From positions 1 through 64,000 of the forward strand of contig JAJRWI010000009.1 of the NCBI GenBank assembly GCA_024276825.1: DNA of 64,000 nt. Direction: 5' to 3'. Each line of letters opens with the position of its first letter. Position 1 is the first letter of the stretch. A program made the position numbers and the translations under genes. Origin of the DNA: an archaeon (GTDB lineage Archaea > Asgardarchaeota > Thorarchaeia > Thorarchaeales > Thorarchaeaceae). Below are positions 48,998-58,400 of this stretch, in pieces. The notes under the pieces were generated by a model. It saw only the letters and a program-made list of their open reading frames with translations, was not told the DNA's origin and did no database searches.

Positions 48998-50560
48998 TTG
49001 AGATTGGAAACTGACCTGATCATCTATAATGCCAACATTATTACCATGGACCCTGCAAATCCGATGGCATCAGCACTGGCCGTCAAAAGTTACAAAATAG
49101 TTGCCGTTGGCAGTGAGGAACAGGTTGCAGAACTTATTGAGGGAGCAGAGCGAGTAATGGACCTTGGTGGCAAGACTGTAGTACCAGGGTTTGTTGATTC
49201 TCACACTCATCTCACGAGTGCAGGGGTTAGATCGAGGGATGTCGATCTTGCTAACACTAAATCCATAACAGAGGTCAAGAAAAGGCTCAGGCAGGCCATA
49301 GGCAGCTATTCTCGAGATGGCTGGCTTCTGGGTTTTGGCTGGGATGAGAGCTCCTGGCGAGTGAAGAGATATTTGACTGCAAGAGACCTCGATGAGGTCA
49401 GTGCCGATATCCCAATGGCCATCTTTAGAATAGATGGGCATCTGGCCACTGTTAATAGTGCAGGTCTCAAGCTCCTTGGGAAGAAGCTCACAGGCGAGGG
49501 TGTGGAGAGAGACAGCGAAGGCAGACCAACTGGCGTCTTGAAAGACATGGATGATGTCTTTAAGGAGGTAAGGTACCGTTCAGAGAATCTGATCGAGGGC
49601 GTGGTCGAGGGAAATAAGATTGCCAATCGCAATGGGATCACAACTGCGGTTGATAATGTTTCAGCCCATTATATCAAGCCCATACGACGAGCAGAAACAA
49701 TGGGTCTATTAACAACAAGAATGGTGATCAACCCACCCATTGAGCTAATGAAGCATATGATTGGTCTTGGGCTCACTTCTGGGGTGGGCAGCCCGATGTT
49801 CAGACTTGGTGGAATAAAGTCGTTCATCGATGGTTCAATCGGAGCACGGACCGCCTATCTCAGTGAGGATTATGCTGATGCACCTGGCGAGAAAGGCATG
49901 CTTCTTTTCAAAGAACGAAAGTTTAGAAAATATGTCAAGGATGCAGTGGAGAATGACATTCAGACCGTCACCCATGCCATTGGCGATGCTGCCATTGAGA
50001 TTGTCATCTCTGCTTTTGAGGATATTAATGACAAGGCACTCATTAGAGAACAGAGGCATCGAATAGAACATGCTGAGATAATTAATGAGAACCAGATCAG
50101 GCGAGCTGCCAGTCTTGGTTTGATTCTTTCAATGCAACCAAACTTTGTGGGTCAGTGGCAACAGAGAAGGGGGATGTATGAAGAGCGACTCGGTATAGAG
50201 AGAACAAGTCAGTTGAACATGTTCAGAACAATTCTATCTAATGGCGCAAGGTTGTGCTTTGGCTCTGATGGCATGCCATATGGTCCATTGTATGGGATCT
50301 GGTGTGCAATCAACCATCCAAATGAGAAAGAACGACTCACTTTAGAAGAGGCATTGCGCTGCTATACAATGGAAGGGGCGTACTCTGTCTTTATGGAACG
50401 GACCATAGGGAGTATCACACCGGGCAAGCGTGCTGATTTTGTTGTCTTGTCCAAGGATATTATGAGAGTTCCAGCGGCCATAATAAAGGACATTGAGGTG
50501 GATATGACCGTAGTCGGGGGAATTGTTGAGTTCTCCAAAGTCAAGAGCCAAGGTGGTTGA
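48998..50560 (+). CDS. Amidohydrolase (YtcJ-like, Amidohydro_3)
   Basis: PGFVDSHTH, KSFIDGSIGARTA, HAIGD, RIEHAE, GSD, GKRADFVVL. Confidence 0.9.
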   Translation: MRLETDLIIYNANIITMDPANPMASALAVKSYKIVAVGSEEQVAELIEGAERVMDLGGKTVVPGFVDSHTHLTSAGVRSRDVDLANTKSITEVKKRLRQAIGSYSRDGWLLGFGWDESSWRVKRYLTARDLDEVSADIPMAIFRIDGHLATVNSAGLKLLGKKLTGEGVERDSEGRPTGVLKDMDDVFKEVRYRSENLIEGVVEGNKIANRNGITTAVDNVSAHYIKPIRRAETMGLLTTRMVINPPIELMKHMIGLGLTSGVGSPMFRLGGIKSFIDGSIGARTAYLSEDYADAPGEKGMLLFKERKFRKYVKDAVENDIQTVTHAIGDAAIEIVISAFEDINDKALIREQRHRIEHAEIINENQIRRAASLGLILSMQPNFVGQWQQRRGMYEERLGIERTSQLNMFRTILSNGARLCFGSDGMPYGPLYGIWCAINHPNEKERLTLEEALRCYTMEGAYSVFMERTIGSITPGKRADFVVLSKDIMRVPAAIIKDIEVDMTVVGGIVEFSKVKSQGG

Positions 50561-52360
50561 ATGGGGCATATTAGACCGCTCAGTGACGACCTCGTCGCAC
50601 TTATCTCTGCAGGAGAGGTGATTGAGAACCCAGCATCAATTGTCAAAGAGCTAATTGAAAATTCACTTGATGCAGGAGCAAGTCTGATTGAGATAGAGAT
50701 AGAAGAGGGGGGAATCAAGAGCATTGCTGTTTCCGATAATGGCACGGGGATTCTCAAAGAAGATGTTCCAGTCTGCATTCAACGACATACGACAAGCAAG
50801 ATCGCATCGCATGAGGACATCCATCGTGTTAAGACCTATGGATTCAGAGGAGAGGCGCTTGCAAGCATTGCGTCTGTTGCAGAATTGACAATCAAGACGC
50901 GTCATGTTGATGAGGAGATTGGAACACAGTTAGTATCAAGACCAAATGAACCACCCATCATCACAGACATTTCGAAACCCTCAGGCACCCGAGTTGAAGT
51001 CAGAAACCTATTTCTGCAAGTGCCTGCTAGAAGGAAGCATCTGCAAGAACCCAAGTTTGAAGGAATAAGGATTCATGAAATCATTCTGCGTCATGCAATT
51101 ATTCGAACTGATGTGGGATTTCGTTTTGTGAAGGATGGTGCATTACTAATAGACTGCCCCCCAGATCAAGATGCTCGAGATCGAGTCCTTATACTCTGGG
51201 GAATGAGCCTTGCAAAGAATCTGATTCCAGTGATATATAAAGAGAAGGGTCTGATAATCAGGGGCTTTATAGTTAAACCGCCCTTCTCGAGGGGCAACCG
51301 AAGCAGAGAGTATTTCTCAGTGTTGAAAAGGCCAATTGAGGAAATTCGACTCAGCAAAGCTGTAGAGAGAGCCTACTCAACCCTTCTAATGAAAGGCAGG
51401 TTTCCCATTTGCTCTTTGGATATTGTTCTTGATGTCGAGAGAGTTGATCCCAATGTGCATCCTACAAAGAGAGAGGTTCGAATTCAAGACATAGATGGAA
51501 TTGTTCAAGCAGTATTCAGAGCTGTTCGAAAGGCACTGAGCCCCAAGACTGACAAATATGAAACGGAGCCAATTATGGAGGAAACTTCAGCAGACATAGT
51601 AGTTGATAGAGATAGGGTCAGGGTGTCAACCACATCAGAAGAGGAACAGACGTCACTCCTTGAACATATGACATTGTTCTCTGATAGTGATTTTGAGATT
51701 TCTAGCAAGACAGTCGACCTGCACGATCTTGGTGGCGAATTCAGAGTTATTGGTCAATTTCAGAACCTCTATCTATTGCTAGAGTTCAATGACGCTCTCG
51801 TGATTGTCGATCAACATGCAGCTCATGAACGCGTTTTGTATGAGAGGTTAAGAGCACTGGTTAATAGTGGTGAGGTCACAATTCAAGAGCTTATTGAACC
51901 ATATGTAATAAAACTGGGTCCACAGGATGTTGAAAGGATTCTTAATATATCTGGGAGTCTTAAGGCCCTTGGTTTTGAGATCACGAGCTTTGGGGGAAAT
52001 GAGATCCTTGTTTCTGCAGTGCCTGAAATTCTTGGGCGTATTGCAACAGAGCAGGAGATCATATCATTCATGGACAGAGTTCTCGATATAGGCTCTGGAC
52101 TTGCCCATCGGGAGTTCATGGATGAAGTGATAAAACTGACCGCATGCCATTCTGCCATTCGTGCTGGCCAACCAATGTCCAATGCAGAGATTGCAGATCT
52201 ATTAATTGACCTCTCAAAGGCAGAGAATAAAACTGCATGCTGTCATGGAAGGCCTTCAATCATTTTTGTCCCCAGAAAAACATTAGACAAACGTTTTGGC
52301 AGAACCGATCCTGAAGCTATTGCGAGATATAAAGCACGACACAGAACTGATCCTCAATGA
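50561..52360 (+). CDS. mutL: DNA mismatch repair endonuclease MutL
   Basis: AGEVIE, KELIENSLDAGA, DNGTG, GFRGEALASI, NVHPTKREV, DQHAAHERVLYE, CHGRP. Confidence 0.96.
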   Translation: MGHIRPLSDDLVALISAGEVIENPASIVKELIENSLDAGASLIEIEIEEGGIKSIAVSDNGTGILKEDVPVCIQRHTTSKIASHEDIHRVKTYGFRGEALASIASVAELTIKTRHVDEEIGTQLVSRPNEPPIITDISKPSGTRVEVRNLFLQVPARRKHLQEPKFEGIRIHEIILRHAIIRTDVGFRFVKDGALLIDCPPDQDARDRVLILWGMSLAKNLIPVIYKEKGLIIRGFIVKPPFSRGNRSREYFSVLKRPIEEIRLSKAVERAYSTLLMKGRFPICSLDIVLDVERVDPNVHPTKREVRIQDIDGIVQAVFRAVRKALSPKTDKYETEPIMEETSADIVVDRDRVRVSTTSEEEQTSLLEHMTLFSDSDFEISSKTVDLHDLGGEFRVIGQFQNLYLLLEFNDALVIVDQHAAHERVLYERLRALVNSGEVTIQELIEPYVIKLGPQDVERILNISGSLKALGFEITSFGGNEILVSAVPEILGRIATEQEIISFMDRVLDIGSGLAHREFMDEVIKLTACHSAIRAGQPMSNAEIADLLIDLSKAENKTACCHGRPSIIFVPRKTLDKRFGRTDPEAIARYKARHRTDPQ

Positions 52361-52553
52361 GCTACAATCTATTGATTATGGACTCAGACCACTGAGGATC
52401 AGAAAGATATTGGATCCTTTGACTCTTTGCGTTTATTATCATTTAGTATTTTAATAATTCTTCAATATGTATAATCGGATAGAATAAGGTTAAACCTTCG
52501 ACACATAGAATAGATTATTAATGATTTAAATTGTCACGGCGTGAGAGGAACAA

Positions 52554-52696
52554 GAGTGATTGCAAATTCGACCATTGACAAGACAAGAGTCATAACCAGA
52601 ACAGCTATTGTCAAAACTTTCGAATGACATGCAATTGCAGTCATTGCGATGCTCATGAGTATTGTTCAAGTCAATGGTTGAAATGAGCAGTTATTC
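52554..52696 (+). ncRNA. Candidate structured cis-regulatory RNA upstream of antiporter
   Basis: Five nested stems identified by eye, several with G-U pairs that only work on the + strand; no known family recognised. Confidence 0.4.
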
Positions 52697-52756
52697 CATT
52701 GTCACAAAGAATTCAATTATTAGCCCACAACTGAAATCTCAAACAGATCGAGTGGA

Positions 52757-54037
52757 GTGAATAATGTGGAACATGTACTGATAGTAATTGGCACTGGTCT
52801 GGCCTTGGCGTTTATTGCATCCAAGATCTTCAAAAAATTCGGGATTCCACAAGTTGTCGGCTTTATGGTTGCAGGCATACTCCTTCGAGCTGTCGGTGTT
52901 ATGACATCAGAGGTAATTGAGCCATTAACAGTAATTGTGACTCTGGCACTTGGCCTTATTGGATATAATATTGGATTGGAGCTGAAGATCAAAGTCTTTA
53001 GGGGCAAGCTCAAAAAACTGTTCTTCATTGTGGTCTTTGAGGCAACCGCTGCATTCTGGCTTGTGACATTATTGACTTACGCATTCACTCAGCAACTGCA
53101 TCTATCACTTCTACTTGGCTCGGTAGCCAGTGCTACTGCACCTGCAGCCACAGCGGATGTGATCTGGGAGCATGAATGTAGGGGTCCACTCTCAGAGTCA
53201 CTGATGTTCATTCTTGCCATGGATGATGTTATTGCAGTCATATTGACCAACTCTGCAATTGCATACGCGCTCTTTGTTCTGGTTCCTGGAACAGAGGTGA
53301 TCACTCTTCTCATCAATCCCCTGATCATCATACTTGGATCACTCCTCTTTGGTGGTCTGTTTGGAATAGTATTTGTTAAGTTCATGAAATATGAAACCAA
53401 AAGGAGTGTCCTTGTTGAGCTAGAGCTGGCATTGATAGTGCTACTTGTTGGTGTGGTTGATTTTCTCAATATGAGCGACATCCTTGCTGCAGTGGTCTTT
53501 GGATTTGTTGTGGGTAATCGTGTGCCAGAAGAGAAACAGCAAGCTCCACATATGCTGGAGGTCATCATGTCACCAATAGTCATGCTGTTTTTTGTTCTAG
53601 TGGGAGCCAAGACTGACCTAGGAATATTCATCAGCAGTCTTGGAGGTGTAGTACTATTTCTAGTACTCATATATCTTGCTGGCAGAACACTTGGGAAAAT
53701 ACTAGGCACTCGATTAAGTGCGGCGATTGTAAATTGTGAAACCCCGGTGAAGAAATATCTTGGAACAAGTCTTCTTAGTCAGGCAGGGGTGGCCCTTGGA
53801 CTTGGAATAATAATTGAAACAAAGTTTGTTGCTCTTGGTGGAGAGGCTGCGATTATTGGAATTATAATCCTTAATGTTGTTGCGATTTCAACCATTTTTC
53901 TTGAATTGATTGGGCCTATTGCTGCCAAATGGAGTCTTTGTAGGGCGGGAGAGATCACAACATCTGATGAGTGCGTTTCGCTCGAAGTTAAAAAGATGAA
54001 AGACGATATTTTGACCTACAAGGAAAAGGACTCTTGA
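52757..54037 (+). CDS. Cation:proton antiporter (Na+/K+:H+ exchanger family)
   Basis: IPQVVGFMVAGI, IGLEL, ATAPAAT, AMDD, FFVLVGA, QAGVALGL. Confidence 0.88.
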   Translation: MNNVEHVLIVIGTGLALAFIASKIFKKFGIPQVVGFMVAGILLRAVGVMTSEVIEPLTVIVTLALGLIGYNIGLELKIKVFRGKLKKLFFIVVFEATAAFWLVTLLTYAFTQQLHLSLLLGSVASATAPAATADVIWEHECRGPLSESLMFILAMDDVIAVILTNSAIAYALFVLVPGTEVITLLINPLIIILGSLLFGGLFGIVFVKFMKYETKRSVLVELELALIVLLVGVVDFLNMSDILAAVVFGFVVGNRVPEEKQQAPHMLEVIMSPIVMLFFVLVGAKTDLGIFISSLGGVVLFLVLIYLAGRTLGKILGTRLSAAIVNCETPVKKYLGTSLLSQAGVALGLGIIIETKFVALGGEAAIIGIIILNVVAISTIFLELIGPIAAKWSLCRAGEITTSDECVSLEVKKMKDDILTYKEKDS

Positions 54038-54266
54038 ATTGTGATATCCGATTCTGTCCGATGTCTGGTTTGAAATATACCATGGAGCAGGTTGACCATC
54101 TTAAGAATAAGAAAATGGTCATGTGTGAATACTGTGAAACTTCAATCGGGTGATCGACATTTGAATACTGTCAAGGCAAAGCCACAATTCTCGTAATGCG
54201 AAGACTTTTACTATTATTTTGCTATAATTACATAGGCAAAATGAGAGAGTTAAGGATAGGAGTCCG

Positions 54267-54662
54267 TTGAGCACAACTTGGTTCATTGCAAAAGAATATC
54301 TAAAAAGGCTGAATATCGAGTTTGAAGAGAAGGGTAGAAAGACCTTTAGCCTGTTCCCATATGGACCAACAGAAACAGAAGAGATTGAGGTGTTTCCGGG
54401 TAAGAACTGGATCACTCTGACTACCCGACTTCTCAGTCTTTCGGATGTATCTGCATCAAAACGACGGCAGATTCATAGTGCTCTGCTGAAGGCAAACGCC
54501 AAACTTGTTGAAGTGAGCTTTGGAATCGACAAGAAGAATTGCATTATTTTAAGAAACGCCATTCCAGTCACAGGCATCTCGTATGATGTCTTCAGCTGCG
54601 TATATGAAGCACATCTGATGGGAATCAGGTTCTTCTACAAGGAGCTAATGCCATCTTTCTAA
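54267..54662 (+). CDS. YbjN / T3SS-chaperone-fold-like protein
   Basis: LLKANAKLVEVSFGID pattern; about 130 aa. Confidence 0.5.
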   Translation: MSTTWFIAKEYLKRLNIEFEEKGRKTFSLFPYGPTETEEIEVFPGKNWITLTTRLLSLSDVSASKRRQIHSALLKANAKLVEVSFGIDKKNCIILRNAIPVTGISYDVFSCVYEAHLMGIRFFYKELMPSF

Positions 54663-54744
54663 CAATATGGCCTTTGATTAACAAATAATAGCAGATTCGC
54701 CAATAATATATTGATTTCAATTGGACTATTCATAGTCAGATAAT

Positions 54745-55287
54745 TCAATCATGTTTTCCAACTGCAAAAGATTCTGGAAGACGCCTTCTGAGTTCGTCAA
54801 AAAGCAACTTGAATTTTTCTAGGCGGCCAAGACCTTCCAGTTGATCCTTCATTTCCTTGCGAAGCCTTCTCAGAAGTAGACCGGCATACATAGAGTCAAA
54901 GAGGATAAATCCTCGTTTAAGAGCCTGATGATCATCATCACTTATGTAAGCAAGGCCACTAGATACAAGCTCAACCCCGCGGGCCTCAGGTGCCTTGTCA
55001 ATGTCTTTACTTACATCTGCCCCATGAATAATCTCAGCCATATCCTTAAGGACTGGATCATCGAGGTTATAGTGATCAATCAGCACTTCAAAAGTGCATT
55101 TCCCATCGTGATGCGTGAAGGGAATGTCCATGTTTGGAAAGTCAAAGGGCGTTCCATCTTCAGGAGTCAGCTCTGTGCCTGGCCATTGAACAAACTTGAA
55201 TTTGGCATCAAGATCGATGAAACGTTTGATCAGCCAAGGCGATACCACTCTATCAACATGTACATGATTTCTTGTGACCCACAACAT
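54745..55287 (-). CDS. Chromate-resistance ChrB-family domain protein
   Basis: WVTR..HVDR..PWLIKRFID..A.F.F, PFD, FTH..CTFE, IIHGAD, PEARG. Confidence 0.85.
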   Translation of the reverse strand: MLWVTRNHVHVDRVVSPWLIKRFIDLDAKFKFVQWPGTELTPEDGTPFDFPNMDIPFTHHDGKCTFEVLIDHYNLDDPVLKDMAEIIHGADVSKDIDKAPEARGVELVSSGLAYISDDDHQALKRGFILFDSMYAGLLLRRLRKEMKDQLEGLGRLEKFKLLFDELRRRLPESFAVGKHD

Positions 55288-55373
55288 GATATTTCACATG
55301 TCGGGCACTCCTAAAACCGGGATTTAAACTATTTGAATTTCAGTGAAGAAATCAAATAGAAGATAGTTGATAG

Positions 55374-55409
55374 AAAAAAGAGTATGGAAAGAGGGGATAC
55401 CCCCTCTTT
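55374..55409 (-). terminator. Hairpin plus U tract after giant surface gene
   Basis: aaagagggg-atac-cccctcttt perfect 9-bp stem 8 nt past the stop, with aaaaaa beyond it. Confidence 0.65.
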
Positions 55410-55417
55410 GTATTAAA

Positions 55418-58400
55418 CTAACGCCTACGTCTCATAACAACTATTGCTAGGATAAGGACCACTATACCAACGCCTGCTAACATTATCATTGTGTCAGATG
55501 TACCAGGCACAGGTTCCGAACCTGGGCCAGGCGTGGTAGTAGTGACTGCACCTTGTCCAACAATGTATGAGAGCACATAGGACTCATAGGTTCCTGAGTC
55601 AGTGTAGACGACAACCTTGTAGTATACCTGAGTGCCATCAGGATATGGTGGAATCTCACCAACCCAGTGAACTCCATCGTAGGAACTCATTTGGGTGCTG
55701 CTCCAAGAGAACTGATCAGTCGAGTATTGAAGCTCAACACTCATGATGTCCTCCTGTGATAAGATGTCCACACCAACCTGCACTGTGTCGCTGGAGGTTG
55801 GCACTTCAGGATAGATGCTGAATCCGGAGAACTGGACTCCGCCAGGAGCAGTCGAGGTTCCAGTGTTGGACACATATGCCACGAACACTGGATCCTGGTA
55901 TACTGAGTAGCCATCCCAATTCAGGAATCCGATGGACACATAGAACTGGGTTGATGTGAAACTCCATGCAGTTGCTGACTGGCCATTATCAGACTGGTAT
56001 GCAGATCTGAATGTCCCTGCGGGAGTGGTGTAGCTAACGACATCGTATGGAGCACTCAAGTTCTTGCCCCAGTCATAAGTCACCCCACCCATTATCATCT
56101 CAGCAAACTTGGCATTCTGAGTTTCAAGTTCAAAGACATCTGCACCAACCACCATGTCCTGATCGGTCAGTGTGCCATTTGCCTTGAAGGCAAAGTCCTC
56201 CATGTTAACATCGGCGAAGTAGTTCAATGCCAATGACTTGTTCTCAAGGTTGTCGCGTCCACCAAGCATGTCGACATCCCAGTTGCCAATGTAGTTGTCA
56301 ACTTTGATAGTTGCATAATTGTTCAGGGAGTCGGTTTCATTGATGTATCCTTGGAAGTGTACAAGGAATGAGATCTCATCAATGTTGACTTTGGTTGGAC
56401 GCTCGTCGAATGTTCGCATGTCGGAACCAGACACAACGCTGTCATACCAACCCCAATAGCCAAAGTCAAGGAATGGGAAGGTTGTACCATTGATATCAGT
56501 GAATGACACACCCCAGACTACTTCATCGGTCAGGTTGACTCTCATCTCACCAGACGCATCCGTTATGCCGAATGCTGCACCTGGCGTGACAAACGTCACA
56601 TTTCCTACATAGTCGGGGATGAAGAAGTGCGTAAGCTCACTGTCACTTGGGTTATTGAGGTCAACGTCCATCAGGCTATCATTGTTCTGGTCCTCCCAGA
56701 GCATGAGTCCTGAGAACTCGTAGTGCAGGTTGATTCCGAGCCAGTGGTCAACATCGCCATCCTGATAGCTTGTTCCATAGTTCTGATCGATGCCAAAGCT
56801 CATCCAAGTCCATGTCTGTTCATTGGATGTTATCCAGTCCCAGCCATTCTCTTGAGCCATCTGGAGGAGGTCCGCCCATGTGACGTTCTCCGCCATCCAT
56901 GCGATGTCCCAATAACCTGGCATTGGATCGCCTTCAGGGGACAGCAGTGTGTCATGAACTGTTTGCATCTCAGTTGAGTTTAGCAGAGTGAAATCGTCCG
57001 CATGGAACCAGTAGAATGTCTGATTCCACTCGTAGGTCCATGTGAATGTGTTAAGACCCAGCCAAGAGTGGACATTGATCTCATCGCCATACAGGGTGAC
57101 ATTTGGATCCCATTTGAGTCCGACATCCATCCAGCTCCACTCATGAGTCCAGCTGTCAGTGGATGAGTACTCTTCGAGGACGAAGTATTGGTCATCTGTT
57201 GTGTCTAGGTTGCCATCAAGATCGAGGGCACCATTGTCCTCATTGACAGTCCATGCTGTTACACCCCACATTCCCCACTTTGGTTCACCAATGATAAAGT
57301 CATGGTGGTTCTTGTATGTTGGCCATTCTATTGGGGCAGGACCATAGATAACATCGTATCCATAGACAAATCTCTGGCGGTTGACCATCTCCTTGAATGG
57401 ATAGGCCTGCACCGTGGAGCCCTTGTAGTTAAACTCAAGTATCTCAGGAGGAATGACCTCGAAGTACATGTACAGGTCGCCACCATAAGTGGCATTTAGG
57501 ACCTTGTAGGTGTAAATGTAGTTCCATCCATAATAGGAATATGACTCATTCATGAAGCTATAGAAGTATTCTCCCGTAAATGAGTCATAGAATGCCTCAG
57601 CGAGGTATTTGTCAACAATAATGAACTCAGAGTAGTCATAGAACTTCAGTACAGTACCGTTAAGGGTTGTGAACTCGTACCAGCTTTCGTTTCCAACACT
57701 CTGCCAATTGGGATATGTTTCTGTTGAATAGAACACACCCTGTGTTGAGTTGAACTTGTAGATGTTGAACAGGTATGTTTCATTCAACAACCAAGTGGTC
57801 CCATTCATTAGGTTAATGTAGTATTTGTCGAGGTTTCCATCATATGCTGGGTAGGCACCATTTGGAGACATGTACGACAGGTTCCAGAGCATATGGAAAC
57901 CAAGATTGATGTCGTACTCGCCGAAGCTGCCAAAATTGCCGACAGTGGCGGGTTCCCAAATATCCGTGCCGTTAGCTCTTGTATATCTTAGGAACCATTG
58001 ATCAAGGCGATATGAAGTGCCATTGATATCAACCCAGTAGTTGCCCAATGTATCGTTGTAGACAGGATACTCGACATTATTGTACATCACAGAAAATGTG
58101 GTTGGAACCTTGCCACCATCAGTTTCTTTGTGGTCTAAGTCCCATTGCCAGTCGGCATTAGCACCTGGATATGGCATTTCATGCTTGACCCCATTGGAGT
58201 CTTCATAGTACCAGAACTTGTGAATCCAAGCATTAACAAAGTATGAGGAAGTGCCGTTATAGTCAATGTAGTAGTAGTATAGTGGGTAGCTGACATATTC
58301 CCAGGTACCGTTGATATATGCCATGTATGAGCCCTGTCCATCATCCCAGATCAATGTGTAGTAATTGCCATTGTTGTCAATCATTATGTAGGTGTCGTTC

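Noticed and set aside
52554-52696. tRNA or SECIS element
   Set aside because: Too long for a tRNA with no T-loop consensus; no neighbouring gene has an in-frame UGA
42657-54415. Many short antisense or overlapping ORFs (e.g. 43655-44182, 44357-44884, 53089-53709; similar ones throughout the window)
   Set aside because: Shadows of well-supported genes with no motifs
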